Origin: an uncultured delta proteobacterium
Lineage (GTDB): Bacteria; Desulfobacterota; DSM-4660; Desulfatiglandales; HGW-15
Length of the DNA: 64,000 nt
Assembly (NCBI GenBank): GCA_963740905.1
Contig: CAVUFY010000011.1
Coordinates: 22,864 to 86,863 of the forward strand
Direction of reading: 5' to 3'
Shown in pieces: positions 9,490 through 19,448 of the stretch; the first letter of the stretch is position 1, and each line of letters begins with the position of its first letter. The notes below the pieces were generated by a model, which did no database searches, had not been told where the DNA came from, and was given only the letters and a program-made list of their open reading frames with translations. Both the position numbers and the translations under genes were made by a program.

Positions 9490-10683
9490 TCAGTTCTTGC
9501 TCATTATATGCTTGACGGCGTTTTCCAGCCCGTCAAGGGTGAGTTCGAACATGGGGAAAATATCTCGGATAGCTTGGATGGTTCGGGTGTAGGGCCACTC
9601 TATTTCCATTTTGGGGTTCACCCACACGGCATGTCGGAAAGTACCGGCGATGAACTTGAGCCTTTCATAGCTCGGCTTGTTGGTTCTCTCTTCGATGTGG
9701 ATGGATCCGTCCGTTGCCATGAGCTCATAGGGAGCCATGCTTGCATCCCCCACGATGATAAACCGGGTTTCCGGGTCCTGACGGACCAGGTCGTTGACAG
9801 GGAAAGGCTTGTATCGTCGAGGAGGGTCCTCCCAGAGACTGTCGTAGATGGTGTTGTGGAAGAAAAAAGTCTTGAGGTCCTTGAACTGAGCCCGCGCATA
9901 GTTAAAAAGTGTCTGGACCATCTCGATGTAGGGGTCCATGGACCATCCGCCGTTATCAATAGCCAGGATCACCTTGAGCCGGTCTCTGAGACTTCGGTCG
10001 AACACGATTTCGATCTCCCCGGCGTTTTTCATCGTCTGGTAGATTGTCTTCTCAATGTTGACCTGGTCTTTCGGACCCACGGGTATCATATTCCTTAGCC
10101 GTTTGAGCGCCTCGGCCATCTGGCTCGGAGTGAGAGGACCGTCCTGGGAGTAGTCTTTGTACCTTCTGTCAAGCGCGACCTTAACGGCCGATTTGTTCCG
10201 GGATACTCCGCCGACCCTCATTCCGCCCGGATGATATCCCGAATGCCCCACCGGAGAAGTGCCGTGGGTGCCGATCCACTTGCTTCCCCCGTGATGAGCC
10301 TCCGTCTGCTCCTTCAGACGATCAAGAAAGTACTGGATCAACTCCTCGGGACTGAGCTTCGATATCTCCTTTTCATCCACCCCCAGAGCCTGGGCCAGGC
10401 CTTCCGGGTCCTTCAGCCACTGGTCCAGCAAAGTTCTGGCCACTTCCGCCAATTCGACTTCCGTCGGATCTTTCAACTCGGCCCCTTCAAAATGATGGGC
10501 GAAGACCTGATCGTACAGATCAAAGTACCTTTCGCTCTTCACGAGGATCGCGCGAGCGGCGGTGTAAAAGTCCTCGATGGAACTGATCAGACCCATGCCC
10601 AGGGCTTTCTGGAGCCTGAGAAAAGACGTGGGCGATACGGGAATGCCCACCCTTCGAAGCGTATAGAAAAATTCAGTAAACAT
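9490..10683 (-). CDS. VWA-domain protein (CoxE-like)
   Basis: GGSKWIGTHGTSP, MIDAS-like IDNGGWSMDP, FFHN and VGDASMAPYEL; paired with MoxR. Confidence 0.85.
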   Translation of the reverse strand: MFTEFFYTLRRVGIPVSPTSFLRLQKALGMGLISSIEDFYTAARAILVKSERYFDLYDQVFAHHFEGAELKDPTEVELAEVARTLLDQWLKDPEGLAQALGVDEKEISKLSPEELIQYFLDRLKEQTEAHHGGSKWIGTHGTSPVGHSGYHPGGMRVGGVSRNKSAVKVALDRRYKDYSQDGPLTPSQMAEALKRLRNMIPVGPKDQVNIEKTIYQTMKNAGEIEIVFDRSLRDRLKVILAIDNGGWSMDPYIEMVQTLFNYARAQFKDLKTFFFHNTIYDSLWEDPPRRYKPFPVNDLVRQDPETRFIIVGDASMAPYELMATDGSIHIEERTNKPSYERLKFIAGTFRHAVWVNPKMEIEWPYTRTIQAIRDIFPMFELTLDGLENAVKHIMSKN

Positions 10684-10686
10684 AAT

Positions 10687-11538
10687 CTAAAGTCTGAATC
10701 TGGATACAGCGCCCTGGGCTACCGTGTAATCAGGACTCTTCTTGAAGAGAACCCCGAGATAGGGCACCTCCCCCTTGGTCAGATCCTTGATTTTGAAATC
10801 CGGATCAGCCTTCAAGGCGCGGATCCAGTTAATGAGTTCCCGGGTGGCGGGCTTTTTCTCAACCCCTCGGATGTCTCTCAGGCGATAGAAGGTCCTGACG
10901 GCGTTTTCCATGAGATCCTTGCTGATGTCCGGAAAATGAACGGAGACAATGGTTCTCATCATGTCCGCATCGGGAAACGCGATGTGGTGAAAATTGCACC
11001 GCCCGAGGAACGGATCGGAGAGATCCTTCTTGGCATTCGACGTAATGATCACGACAGGCCTGTTTTTTGCTTTTAAGGTCTTGTCGATTTCAATGATGTC
11101 AAAAGACATCTGGTCCAGCACATCGAGCATATCGTCCTGGAAATCCGTATCCGCCTTGTCGATCTCATCAATGAGGAGAACCACACGGATGTCTGAAACA
11201 AAGGACTGCCCGATTTTGCCCATCCGGATGTAATCCTCAATGTTGCTCACATCCCTCTTCGAATCCCCGAACCGGCTGTCATTGAGCCGTGTGAGCGTGT
11301 CATACTGGTACAGGGCTTCCACGAGTTTCATACTGGATTTCACGTTGAGAACAATCAGAGGCATGTCCAGCGCCTCCGCAATGGCATAGGCAAGCATGGT
11401 TTTCCCTGTGCCCGGCTCTCCTTTCAGAAGGAGCGGCATCTCGAGCGCCATGGAAATGTTGACGATCTTGGCGAGTTCCTCGTCCAGTACGTATTTTGAG
11501 GCACCGGTGAACCTGGTCAAAGAATTTTCATCGTGCAT
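10687..11538 (-). CDS. MoxR-family AAA+ ATPase (CoxD-like)
   Basis: GEPGTGKT, LLIDEIDKAD, ITSN and KKPATRELINW; SD AGGAG before MHDENS. Confidence 0.9.
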   Translation of the reverse strand: MHDENSLTRFTGASKYVLDEELAKIVNISMALEMPLLLKGEPGTGKTMLAYAIAEALDMPLIVLNVKSSMKLVEALYQYDTLTRLNDSRFGDSKRDVSNIEDYIRMGKIGQSFVSDIRVVLLIDEIDKADTDFQDDMLDVLDQMSFDIIEIDKTLKAKNRPVVIITSNAKKDLSDPFLGRCNFHHIAFPDADMMRTIVSVHFPDISKDLMENAVRTFYRLRDIRGVEKKPATRELINWIRALKADPDFKIKDLTKGEVPYLGVLFKKSPDYTVAQGAVSRFRL

Positions 11539-11715
11539 TTCATCACTCCTTGGCATAGAATGCGATTCCGTCTTTCCAGACGAGAAGAATTTATTGCGTA
11601 GTCGAAAGATCCGCATATCCGAGTACGTCATTTTTGCATCGAACAAATTAATATACAGACCTGATCTCCTGCTGTCAAACCCAATCTGAAAAGGACGGGC
11701 AGCCAATCTCCGAAT

Positions 11716-12357
11716 TCACCACCCGAAAATCTTCAGCACTTCGGCGCTCAAAGGCCTCTGGAGCCAGCGTTTTTGTTTTGCCGCGAGCGGGCCCGTGTAC
11801 TTCTCGATCCATTCGATATCACCCGTAAGTAGAGCGAGCTTCTCTGGGCCCGTAAGTTTGTACCCCTCAAGAGCGTCCGCCCAGTGGTGGAGCAGGTCAT
11901 ACACAAAATCGCCGTCCACTGCCGCCCGGTCCAGGATAGCCAGGATTTCTTCCTTGTGAATCAGGATCTGCTTCTCGGGCGTCGAGGTTGTTGCATGTTC
12001 AATGGCAAGCGTTACGGCTTTGAGCAGTTGATCAGGCGTAAACGGCTTTTCCACATAGTCCGCTGCGCCCAATTTCATGGCTTGCACAGCGGACTGCACA
12101 TTGGCATAGCCTGTGATGATCATCACGGGCACCTCGGGCTTAGCCCTCTTCATATCCCTTAGGACGATCATGCCCCCGATGTCGGGCATGCGGATGTCTG
12201 TGAGCACGATGTCGTAGGTCTTGTTGAGAGCCCATTCAAGTCCTTGACGGCCGCTCAGGGTTGTTTCCACGTCGAAACCTGCCTGGCCCAGAATCCGACC
12301 TATGCTGTTAAGCACAATCTGTTCATCATCGATGACCAGCACCCTTTTATGCTCCAT
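11716..12357 (-). CDS. Response regulator (REC + ~85-aa helical C-terminal extension)
   Basis: VIDDE, TDIRMP, ITGY and KPF; close paralog of 25275-25913. Confidence 0.9.
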   Translation of the reverse strand: MEHKRVLVIDDEQIVLNSIGRILGQAGFDVETTLSGRQGLEWALNKTYDIVLTDIRMPDIGGMIVLRDMKRAKPEVPVMIITGYANVQSAVQAMKLGAADYVEKPFTPDQLLKAVTLAIEHATTSTPEKQILIHKEEILAILDRAAVDGDFVYDLLHHWADALEGYKLTGPEKLALLTGDIEWIEKYTGPLAAKQKRWLQRPLSAEVLKIFGW

Positions 12358-14316
12358 GGTCGCCCCCTTCGGGATCGTCTGCGGGCAAAGTAAAGCGGAA
12401 TCTCATCCATTGTCCCGATTCTGAATCGGCCCAGATACTTCCCCCATGTCTGGCGAGGATATTCCGTGTGATAAACAAACCGAGTCCGGTGCTTCTGGAT
12501 GATTCCGTCGGGGTATCGAACCTCACGAATTTCTCGAAAAGCCGAGGAAGCTGCTCCTTGGTCAAGCCCTGTCCTTCATTCCAGACCTCGAACCGAAGCA
12601 TGCCGTCTTCTTCTTCAAACCCGAGGCTCACTCTTCCTTCCTGTTTGCCGTATTTGAGAGCATTATCCAGAAGGTTACGATAGGCGATCTTAAGAAGAGC
12701 CACATCGGCGTAAACCGGAATCGACACAGGAAGCGCTTTTTCGATCGTCGCCTTGCGCTCGTTGATCATGGGTTTCAGTTCTTCGAGCACAGGATTGACG
12801 ATGTCCTTGATCATCTCTGCTTTCTTGAGGCTGACTTTCAGTTCTCCTTTTTCGATGCGAGACAGGTCCAGGTAGTTTCGGGTCATTTTCACCGCACCGT
12901 CGATGCTCCTGGCTATGTTTCTCGCGAGAGCGGCCTGAGATTCGGTTAAGGACCCAACAAGACCCGTATCGAGAGCTCGTGCGGAGGTGTAGATCACGCC
13001 AAGGCTGTTCTTTAGCTCATGAGAAACAAACCCGAGCATGTCCATATAGTTTCTGTTCAGTTCCTGAAGGGAATAGTTGGTTTGCTCCAGCGCGGCGTAG
13101 GCATTCCTCAGTTTTTCATCCCTCTCCTTCAGCCGGACGGCCATGACGTTGAAAGCGCGGGTCAAATCCTTTACCTCATCGTCAGCCTTGGGCTCTTTGA
13201 CATTCAAGTCGAGGTTCCCGCCTGCGATGGTCCTGGCTGCGTCGGCCAACCCACTGATCGAGCCGGTCAAACGCCTCGCGAAGATCAAACCGACGGCGAG
13301 CACAAAGATCCCCACGCCCACGGAGATTGTGCCGTAGACTTTCCACAGGGCCCACTTCAGATCGTCATACTGCTGAGAGAGCACACCCACGTAGAGAATC
13401 CCGATCACCTTTCCTTCCACATCATGGATGGGATCATACGCGCTCAGGTACCAGTCATTGACGACAAAGGCCCGGTCGTACCAGGGCAGACCGTTTTCAA
13501 GGAGTTTATCGTAAACTTCTTCGCTCACCCTTGTCCCTATGGCTCTGTTGCCGTTAGGAAGGATCACGTTGGTAGCAATGCGACAGTCCCATTGAAAGAT
13601 CGTCACCGTGCCCAGCTGCCGGCCCTGATAAAGCTTGTCTTCAAAGACAATGGACCGGATCTTGTCCACGAGTCCGTGGTTGCGATTGAGGAGGCATCCC
13701 GCGTAAAGGGCGCCCATGATTTTTCCCCCTCATCGAAGACGGGAGCGGCAGCGATGAGGGCCATTCCCGCGGTCTCGGATGTCTTGGCCCGGATTTTTGA
13801 CTTCGGCGTGGGTTCAAAGACCATGAAGGCGCGCTCCTCCAGATCGCCTCCCTCGTCACGAAGCCTGCCTGGGCCAAGCAGGGCGATCCCTTTTTTCGTT
13901 TCTCCCTTGAGAGCAGCCGCAACAAACGGGTCGTTCGACAGGTAGTCCCCGATCTTGTAGGGCTGCAAGGTCCGGATCATAACCTTTCCCTTGCTGTCCG
14001 TCAGACACAGAAAGTCAAATCCGCACTGTCGCCTCACCGCCTCAAGAGCCGTCCTGTTGGCCGGTGAATCCGGCGTGGCACAGGCCTCGTCAACCCGCCT
14101 CCCCGTGCTGAGAACGCGGACAAAGAGCTGAAGCCTGTCCTCCTCGTTGTAGAGGATGTTCCATGCGGAGCGCAGGTCGAGACTTACCCGGCGCTGAGCT
14201 TCATCCAGCGTGGTCCGGTTGATGAGGAAAGCGCTGACCACCGCCCCCAGCACACCGAAAAGTGCAATGACCAGCACGAAATTGAGAAATATGCGTTTAT
14301 GCAGCCTGATTCGCAC
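12347..14316 (-). CDS. Cache-HAMP sensor histidine kinase, split by a 1-nt frameshift at ~13720-13729
   Basis: ORFs 13603-14316 (TM, Cache start) and 12347-13717 (Cache end, TM, HAMP, VSHELKN, NLLDNALKY, GLGL) join colinearly with paralog 26282-28207 if one base is added in the G5A5 run. Confidence 0.85.
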
Positions 14317-14484
14317 GTCTCTTTACCTCACCGATTCATATGGGCGTCACGTCCGCTGTCAGTTGCACCCGTTTGGCTGTTCATTGGAGACCACCCCCGG
14401 GCTTGGCCTCAGAACTTCTCCGGCTGCAAAGCAAGTTTCTTTCATAAACGCCCCCGCAGCGAAGGGCCGGGGTGCAAACGCTGA

Positions 14485-16380
14485 TCAGTGATTCTCCTGG
14501 GCCACAGGAAGAAGACAGGTGAAGGTGGTCCCATCGCCCACTCTGCTCTTGACCGAAATGGAGCCCCCAAGAAAATCCACGATCTCCTTGACGATCACGA
14601 GCCCTAGACCCGTCCCCTCCTCTGCAAGCGCTTTCGCATTCTCGGCACGGAAAAACTCCGTGAAGAGTCGCGACACGTCTTCTTCCGGTATTCCGATGCC
14701 TGTGTCGGAAACCTGGAACTTGACACGGTCCCGGCTGAGGGGTTCCAGGACAACGTTCACCTTTCCTCCTGACGGAGTGTACTTCACGGCATTGGAGATG
14801 AGGTTGGTAAACAGCTCGTCGATAAGTTTCTCATCACCCATGACCTGAGGCACCCCGTCCCCGATCTGAAAAGCGATCTGCACTCCCTTTCCTGACGCGG
14901 GGGACTCAAACAGATCGGCGAGAGAAGTCAGGACCCTTCCGGCGTCCACCGCATGGGGCGTGACTCGATCGGAGCTCATGCGCCGGATTCCCAGCTTCAA
15001 CAGGTCACTCACCAGCGATCCCAGCATCTCCAGCCGCTTCTCGCATCGCAGGAGCGCGTCTTGCTGCTGTTCCGTCACAGGACCCATGTACCCTTTTCTG
15101 AGCACCTTCATCAGGCTGTAGATGGCATTGAAGGGAGACTTGAGCTGGTGCGCAGCTTTTTGGAGAAACCATGTCTTGCTGATCTCCATCTTGAGAGTCT
15201 CGATGGCTAGGGCCGTCAAGTCGCTCACCAGGGAGAAGAACTGGATATCACCGTCATTGAAGTGGTAGGACACGTCACTGTAGATGCAAAACACGCCGAG
15301 GGGCAATTTCTCTATTTTGAGGGGCAGGCAGACCATGGAGGCAATGCCTTCCTTTCGGATGTCTTCAGGGTATTGAAAGTAGTCCGCTTCCTCGATCCTT
15401 CCTACTGCCACATAGGATCCATGAATAATGCGCCGGTTGATGGGACTCTTATCGATGTCCACGGCCCCTTTGGCCAGGTAGTTTTCACTCAGGCCAAAGG
15501 TCGAAGCGAACACCAGCTTCTGGCCTGTTTCATCCAGAAGCTTGATGGAAGACCCTTTCACCCCCATGATGCTCGCCACGCTGCGGGTTGCCAGGTCCAT
15601 GAGTTCCTTAAGGTCCGAGCTCATGCCCATCTTCTTGACCACGTCGTAGAGGGCCGTGAGTTTTGCGTTGCTCACGTCGAGTTCTTTGGACACTCTGAGT
15701 AGATCCCGGCCCTTTTGCCACAGGCTCTTTCTCACGGAGGTAGTCAGATAGGCGGTAATCAAGACGGCGGCCACAAAAAAGGCGAGCAGGATCATAATGT
15801 CGGTCAGACTTCGCCCAATCGTCACGAAATGCGGGAAGGCGGGGCTTTGGAGCAGGCCAGGTTGTTCCGGAAGGATGGTCGCCTTCTGAAGCCCAAGGAG
15901 ACATATCATGGCGGCAAGGACGCAAAGGCTGTAGACATAGCAGCTCACGGGAGAAAGCAAAATGCCCGCAAGGATAATGTGGAAGATGACAAACATAAGG
16001 AGAGGGCTGTAAATCCCTCCCGTAAAATAAATCATCACATACAGGGCGAGGAGATCCAGGGAAATCTGCACGTGCGCAAAGGTGAGGAAAGGCCGGGTGT
16101 CTTGGCCTTTGAAAACATCGAGCCTATGCCAGGCGTAGAAAAAGATCAGGTTGTATAGGAGAATCCCCAGAGCGATACAGGTGATGGGATAGGCCGGGAA
16201 TCTCGGCTCCACATAGTGGAGAATCCAGGCCCCCCCCGCAGCGACGCCTACGGCGATCCATCGAATGTGGATGAACCAGTGAACTCTTTCTGTGAGTTCT
16301 TTGCGAAAAAACAGCTGCTGCTTTACTAGCTCATATCCCGGCTCCTGGGAAGCTTCTTTTGCCCCTTCGGGAAGGGTCAT
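14485..16380 (-). CDS. Multi-TM, GAF-containing sensor histidine kinase
   Basis: Several N-terminal TM helices, GAF (SMVCLPL..GVFCIY), AAHQLKSP H-box, NLISNAVKY, DTGIGI and GTGLGL. Confidence 0.9.
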   Translation of the reverse strand: MTLPEGAKEASQEPGYELVKQQLFFRKELTERVHWFIHIRWIAVGVAAGGAWILHYVEPRFPAYPITCIALGILLYNLIFFYAWHRLDVFKGQDTRPFLTFAHVQISLDLLALYVMIYFTGGIYSPLLMFVIFHIILAGILLSPVSCYVYSLCVLAAMICLLGLQKATILPEQPGLLQSPAFPHFVTIGRSLTDIMILLAFFVAAVLITAYLTTSVRKSLWQKGRDLLRVSKELDVSNAKLTALYDVVKKMGMSSDLKELMDLATRSVASIMGVKGSSIKLLDETGQKLVFASTFGLSENYLAKGAVDIDKSPINRRIIHGSYVAVGRIEEADYFQYPEDIRKEGIASMVCLPLKIEKLPLGVFCIYSDVSYHFNDGDIQFFSLVSDLTALAIETLKMEISKTWFLQKAAHQLKSPFNAIYSLMKVLRKGYMGPVTEQQQDALLRCEKRLEMLGSLVSDLLKLGIRRMSSDRVTPHAVDAGRVLTSLADLFESPASGKGVQIAFQIGDGVPQVMGDEKLIDELFTNLISNAVKYTPSGGKVNVVLEPLSRDRVKFQVSDTGIGIPEEDVSRLFTEFFRAENAKALAEEGTGLGLVIVKEIVDFLGGSISVKSRVGDGTTFTCLLPVAQENH

Positions 16381-16383
16381 AGC

Positions 16384-16797
16384 TCATTCCTTTGCCGTCT
16401 CCCTGAGAACATTTTCGATCACGGAAAGCAGTTCTTCAGGGTCGAGGGGCTTTTCAAGGAAGTGGGTTACGGGCCAGTTCTCCCCCATCACGTGCTGAAA
16501 CTTCTCCGGCCCCTCTTCGGCCATCTTCTTAGTGAAACCCGTTGCCATGATAATAGGGATCTGACGATAGGCCGGATTGTTCCGAAGCTTGTAGGCAAGA
16601 CTAAAGCCTTCGGTGTCCGTAGCCATCATCACATCCAGGATGATGAGATCCGGAGCCTTTTCCTGAATTTTCTGGAAACCGTCCTTTCCGTTGTAGGCCT
16701 CGCGGACGTGGTATTGCTTGCTTTCCAGAACAATGCGGATGGATTCGACGAGGTCGCGGTCGTCATCGATGATGAGTATCTCTTCCCCGGTAGTCAT
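16384..16797 (-). CDS. Single-domain response regulator
   Basis: IIDDD, LDVMM, ATG and EKP. Confidence 0.9.
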   Translation of the reverse strand: MTTGEEILIIDDDRDLVESIRIVLESKQYHVREAYNGKDGFQKIQEKAPDLIILDVMMATDTEGFSLAYKLRNNPAYRQIPIIMATGFTKKMAEEGPEKFQHVMGENWPVTHFLEKPLDPEELLSVIENVLRETAKE

Positions 16798-16845
16798 GGT
16801 TCGCTCCCTTTTGCTTTTTCTATATGGATGGATGCCCTTCCTTTG

Positions 16846-17316
16846 TCAACCGGTTTTCGCCGAGATGAATCCTGCGATTTCCCGGCATGCCTTAAGAGCC
16901 CTTGCTTGTGCTTCTTCGGTCAGCCCTTCTCCGTGACCGAAGTCTTCGCCCTGAACGGAGACCAGCCACGTCTCCGGTGCCTTATGGTAAAGCGAAGAAA
17001 GAAGGCTCAGGAACAAAGAGGGCCTGAAATGGTGGGTCGTGTGGGCGAAGCCCCTTGTCTCAGGGCTAACCTTGCCCCACTGCCTCCCGTTCACCAGTTG
17101 TTCTACGGTTGCATCCACAAAAACGACGAGATCACTGTCTTGGACTTCATCGAGCAGCACAGGATCAAGCTGGTGAAACGCAAGAATCCGTGTTCCCTGG
17201 CGAAGTATGCCCCGCAGCCTTTCCGCCACAAAAGCGCCGATCCCGTCGTCTCTTCGGAACGGATTTCCGTAGCCGATGATGCAGACCTGACATGCTTTGG
17301 ATTCCGCCCCGTTCAC
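16846..17316 (-). CDS. hoxW: Hydrogenase maturation protease
   Basis: IGYGNPFRRDDGIG, FVDA and TTHH; follows the large subunit. Confidence 0.85.
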   Translation of the reverse strand: MNGAESKACQVCIIGYGNPFRRDDGIGAFVAERLRGILRQGTRILAFHQLDPVLLDEVQDSDLVVFVDATVEQLVNGRQWGKVSPETRGFAHTTHHFRPSLFLSLLSSLYHKAPETWLVSVQGEDFGHGEGLTEEAQARALKACREIAGFISAKTG

Positions 17317-17319
17317 GGA

Positions 17320-18750
17320 TCAATCCCTCTTCAATTCTCTCAAGAGGGCCCCTTCGCGGCCGTACAGCCTGATTATCAGGGGCATCTGCCCGAGAGCATG
17401 GGTTGAACAGGACAGGCACGGATCATAGCAACGGATGGCTCCTTCCACCCTGTTGAGAAGACCTTCTCTCACTTCTCCGGCGTGGATGTACTCCTTTGCA
17501 ACGAGTTCCACAGATCGATTCATGGCGATGTTGTTGTGCCCGGTGGCTACGATGAGATTGGCCTTCCGGATGGCGCCGTGCCTGTCCACCTGGTAGTGGT
17601 GAATCAGGGTCCCTCTCGGAGCTTCGATCACGCCCACGCCCTCTTCGCAGGAGGGATCGGCGGTGACCCGGACGTCTCTGCCGCAAATTCCCTTGTGTTT
17701 GAGCAGCGCTTCGGCCCTTTCCAGGCAGTTAAGGAGTTCGATCATACGCGCGTAGTGGTACATCAGGGTCCCGCCTTCAAGACCTCCTCGAGCCTTGGCC
17801 CTGTAAACATCCAGCGCTTCATCGGCTTGGGGCGTGCTCATGCCGTCCGCCGCGTTCACCCTGCCGAGAGGTCCCACGCGATAGCACCCCTGAGGATAAC
17901 CTTGAGGCTTGAAAAAGGGGAACTTCAAATAGGACCAGGGCTCCACGTGCTCGCCGATGAAATCCAGATAACGGGCCGGGTCGAACTGGGCAAGCACTTC
18001 CCGGTCCGGACCCACGACTCTCAACTGACCGTCGTACATGTTCGGCCTGCCCTTATCATCTACCAGTCCGGCGTAGTTGGATCGGTAGGTGGCGAATGTT
18101 TCCACCTCTCTCAGGTTCTTCGTTACCCAGTCCTTGATGACGTCGAGCCCGATTCGGGCCGTCTCGTAAGCTTCATCAAGACCGGAGACCAGGCGATCCC
18201 GGTCTTCCGGGGCCAGAGGGTTCATCACCCCGCCGGGGACCGCAAAAGCGGGATGGACTTTCTTTCCTCCCAGGGCCTTGATGATTTCCTGACCGTACTT
18301 CCTCAGCCGGATCCCCTTCCTGGCTACCTCCGGAAACTCGCCGATGACGCCGATAACGTTTCGCTTCGCGGGGTCCGCATCCCACCCCAAAAGGAGGTCG
18401 GGGCTGGCAAGGTAAAAGAAATGCAGGGCATGGGACTGAATGAACTGCCCCATGTGCAGCAGATCCCGAACAAGCTTTGCCGTTTCCGGGATCTCAACTC
18501 CCAGGATCGCATCACATGCCTTGGCGGAGGCCAGTTGATGACTGACAGGGCAGATTCCGCAGATGCGCTGCGTGATCACCGGCATCTCCTCAAAGGGCCT
18601 CCCTTCGCAGAATCGCTCATAGCCTCTGAACTGGGTCACATGAAATCGTGCTTCTTCCACCTCGCCCCTGTCATCCAGGCGAATGACCACTTTGCCATGT
18701 CCTTCCAGGCGGCTGATGGGATTGATCGTGATTTTTCTTGGTTGAGCCAT
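17320..18750 (-). CDS. hoxH: [NiFe]-hydrogenase large subunit, group 3 (HoxH/HydL)
   Basis: SRLEGHG, L1 RICGICPVSH, EAPRGTLIHHY and L2 YDPCLSCSTH with a cleavable tail. Confidence 0.95.
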   Translation of the reverse strand: MAQPRKITINPISRLEGHGKVVIRLDDRGEVEEARFHVTQFRGYERFCEGRPFEEMPVITQRICGICPVSHQLASAKACDAILGVEIPETAKLVRDLLHMGQFIQSHALHFFYLASPDLLLGWDADPAKRNVIGVIGEFPEVARKGIRLRKYGQEIIKALGGKKVHPAFAVPGGVMNPLAPEDRDRLVSGLDEAYETARIGLDVIKDWVTKNLREVETFATYRSNYAGLVDDKGRPNMYDGQLRVVGPDREVLAQFDPARYLDFIGEHVEPWSYLKFPFFKPQGYPQGCYRVGPLGRVNAADGMSTPQADEALDVYRAKARGGLEGGTLMYHYARMIELLNCLERAEALLKHKGICGRDVRVTADPSCEEGVGVIEAPRGTLIHHYQVDRHGAIRKANLIVATGHNNIAMNRSVELVAKEYIHAGEVREGLLNRVEGAIRCYDPCLSCSTHALGQMPLIIRLYGREGALLRELKRD

Positions 18751-18781
18751 GTCTTCGTCTCCTTTATGAAGAACCGTTCAT

Positions 18782-18860
18782 CCCCCTCACCCCCGTACCA
18801 AGTACGGGGCAAGCTCTGTCCTCTGTCCCAACCGCAGAGAAGAGGGTTGGGGTGAGGGGG
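18782..18860. repeat. Intergenic palindromic repeat with nested hairpin
   Basis: CCCCCTCACCCC...GGGGTGAGGGGG enclosing CCCCGTAC-CAA-GTACGGGG. Confidence 0.75.
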
Positions 18861-18872
18861 CGGTCCCGTCAA

Positions 18873-19415
18873 TCAATCAAAGTGCATCATCTCCTGGGGC
18901 AGGATGGGCACTCTGCCCTTGAGGATCGATACCAGGCTGTAGCCAAGCGCCTCCGTAGAGGGCGGGCATCCCGGCACATAGACGTCCACCGGAACCACCT
19001 GGTTTACGGGCAGAACCTTGTCCAGGAGAGGGGGGAGTTCCTCGTGAATCGGCAGGACCCCGTCCACGGTGCTTTCCGTTTCCACGTACCCTCGCCGCAA
19101 GACTTCTTCCTTGGGGATCGAGTTGCGCAGTGTGTTCACGCCTCCGAACACCGCACAATCTCCCCATGCCACCAGGGTCTTGCAGCTTTTTCTAAGCTTG
19201 TGTGCGACCTCCAGGTGTTCCTCGTTGCCGATGCCTCCTTCAATGATGCCAACCTCCAATTCAGGGAAAGCATAATCCTTGAAATCAGTAATCGGTGTAA
19301 AGGTCAGTTCCACCTGCGAAAGAATGCCCAGGAGGTCTTCGTCCATATCCAGAAAGGCCATATGACACCCTGCACACCCTTCGAACCATACAGTTGCTAC
19401 CTTAGGTACTCCCAT
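18873..19415 (-). CDS. hoxY: [NiFe]-hydrogenase small subunit (HoxY/HydS, one proximal cluster)
   Basis: GCAGCHMA, EGG, GDCA and PGCPP; 180 aa, no Tat signal. Confidence 0.93.
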   Translation of the reverse strand: MGVPKVATVWFEGCAGCHMAFLDMDEDLLGILSQVELTFTPITDFKDYAFPELEVGIIEGGIGNEEHLEVAHKLRKSCKTLVAWGDCAVFGGVNTLRNSIPKEEVLRRGYVETESTVDGVLPIHEELPPLLDKVLPVNQVVPVDVYVPGCPPSTEALGYSLVSILKGRVPILPQEMMHFD

Positions 19416-19448
19416 GGGTTCCCTCCACGTGTCGCCGGCAAGAGTCGC

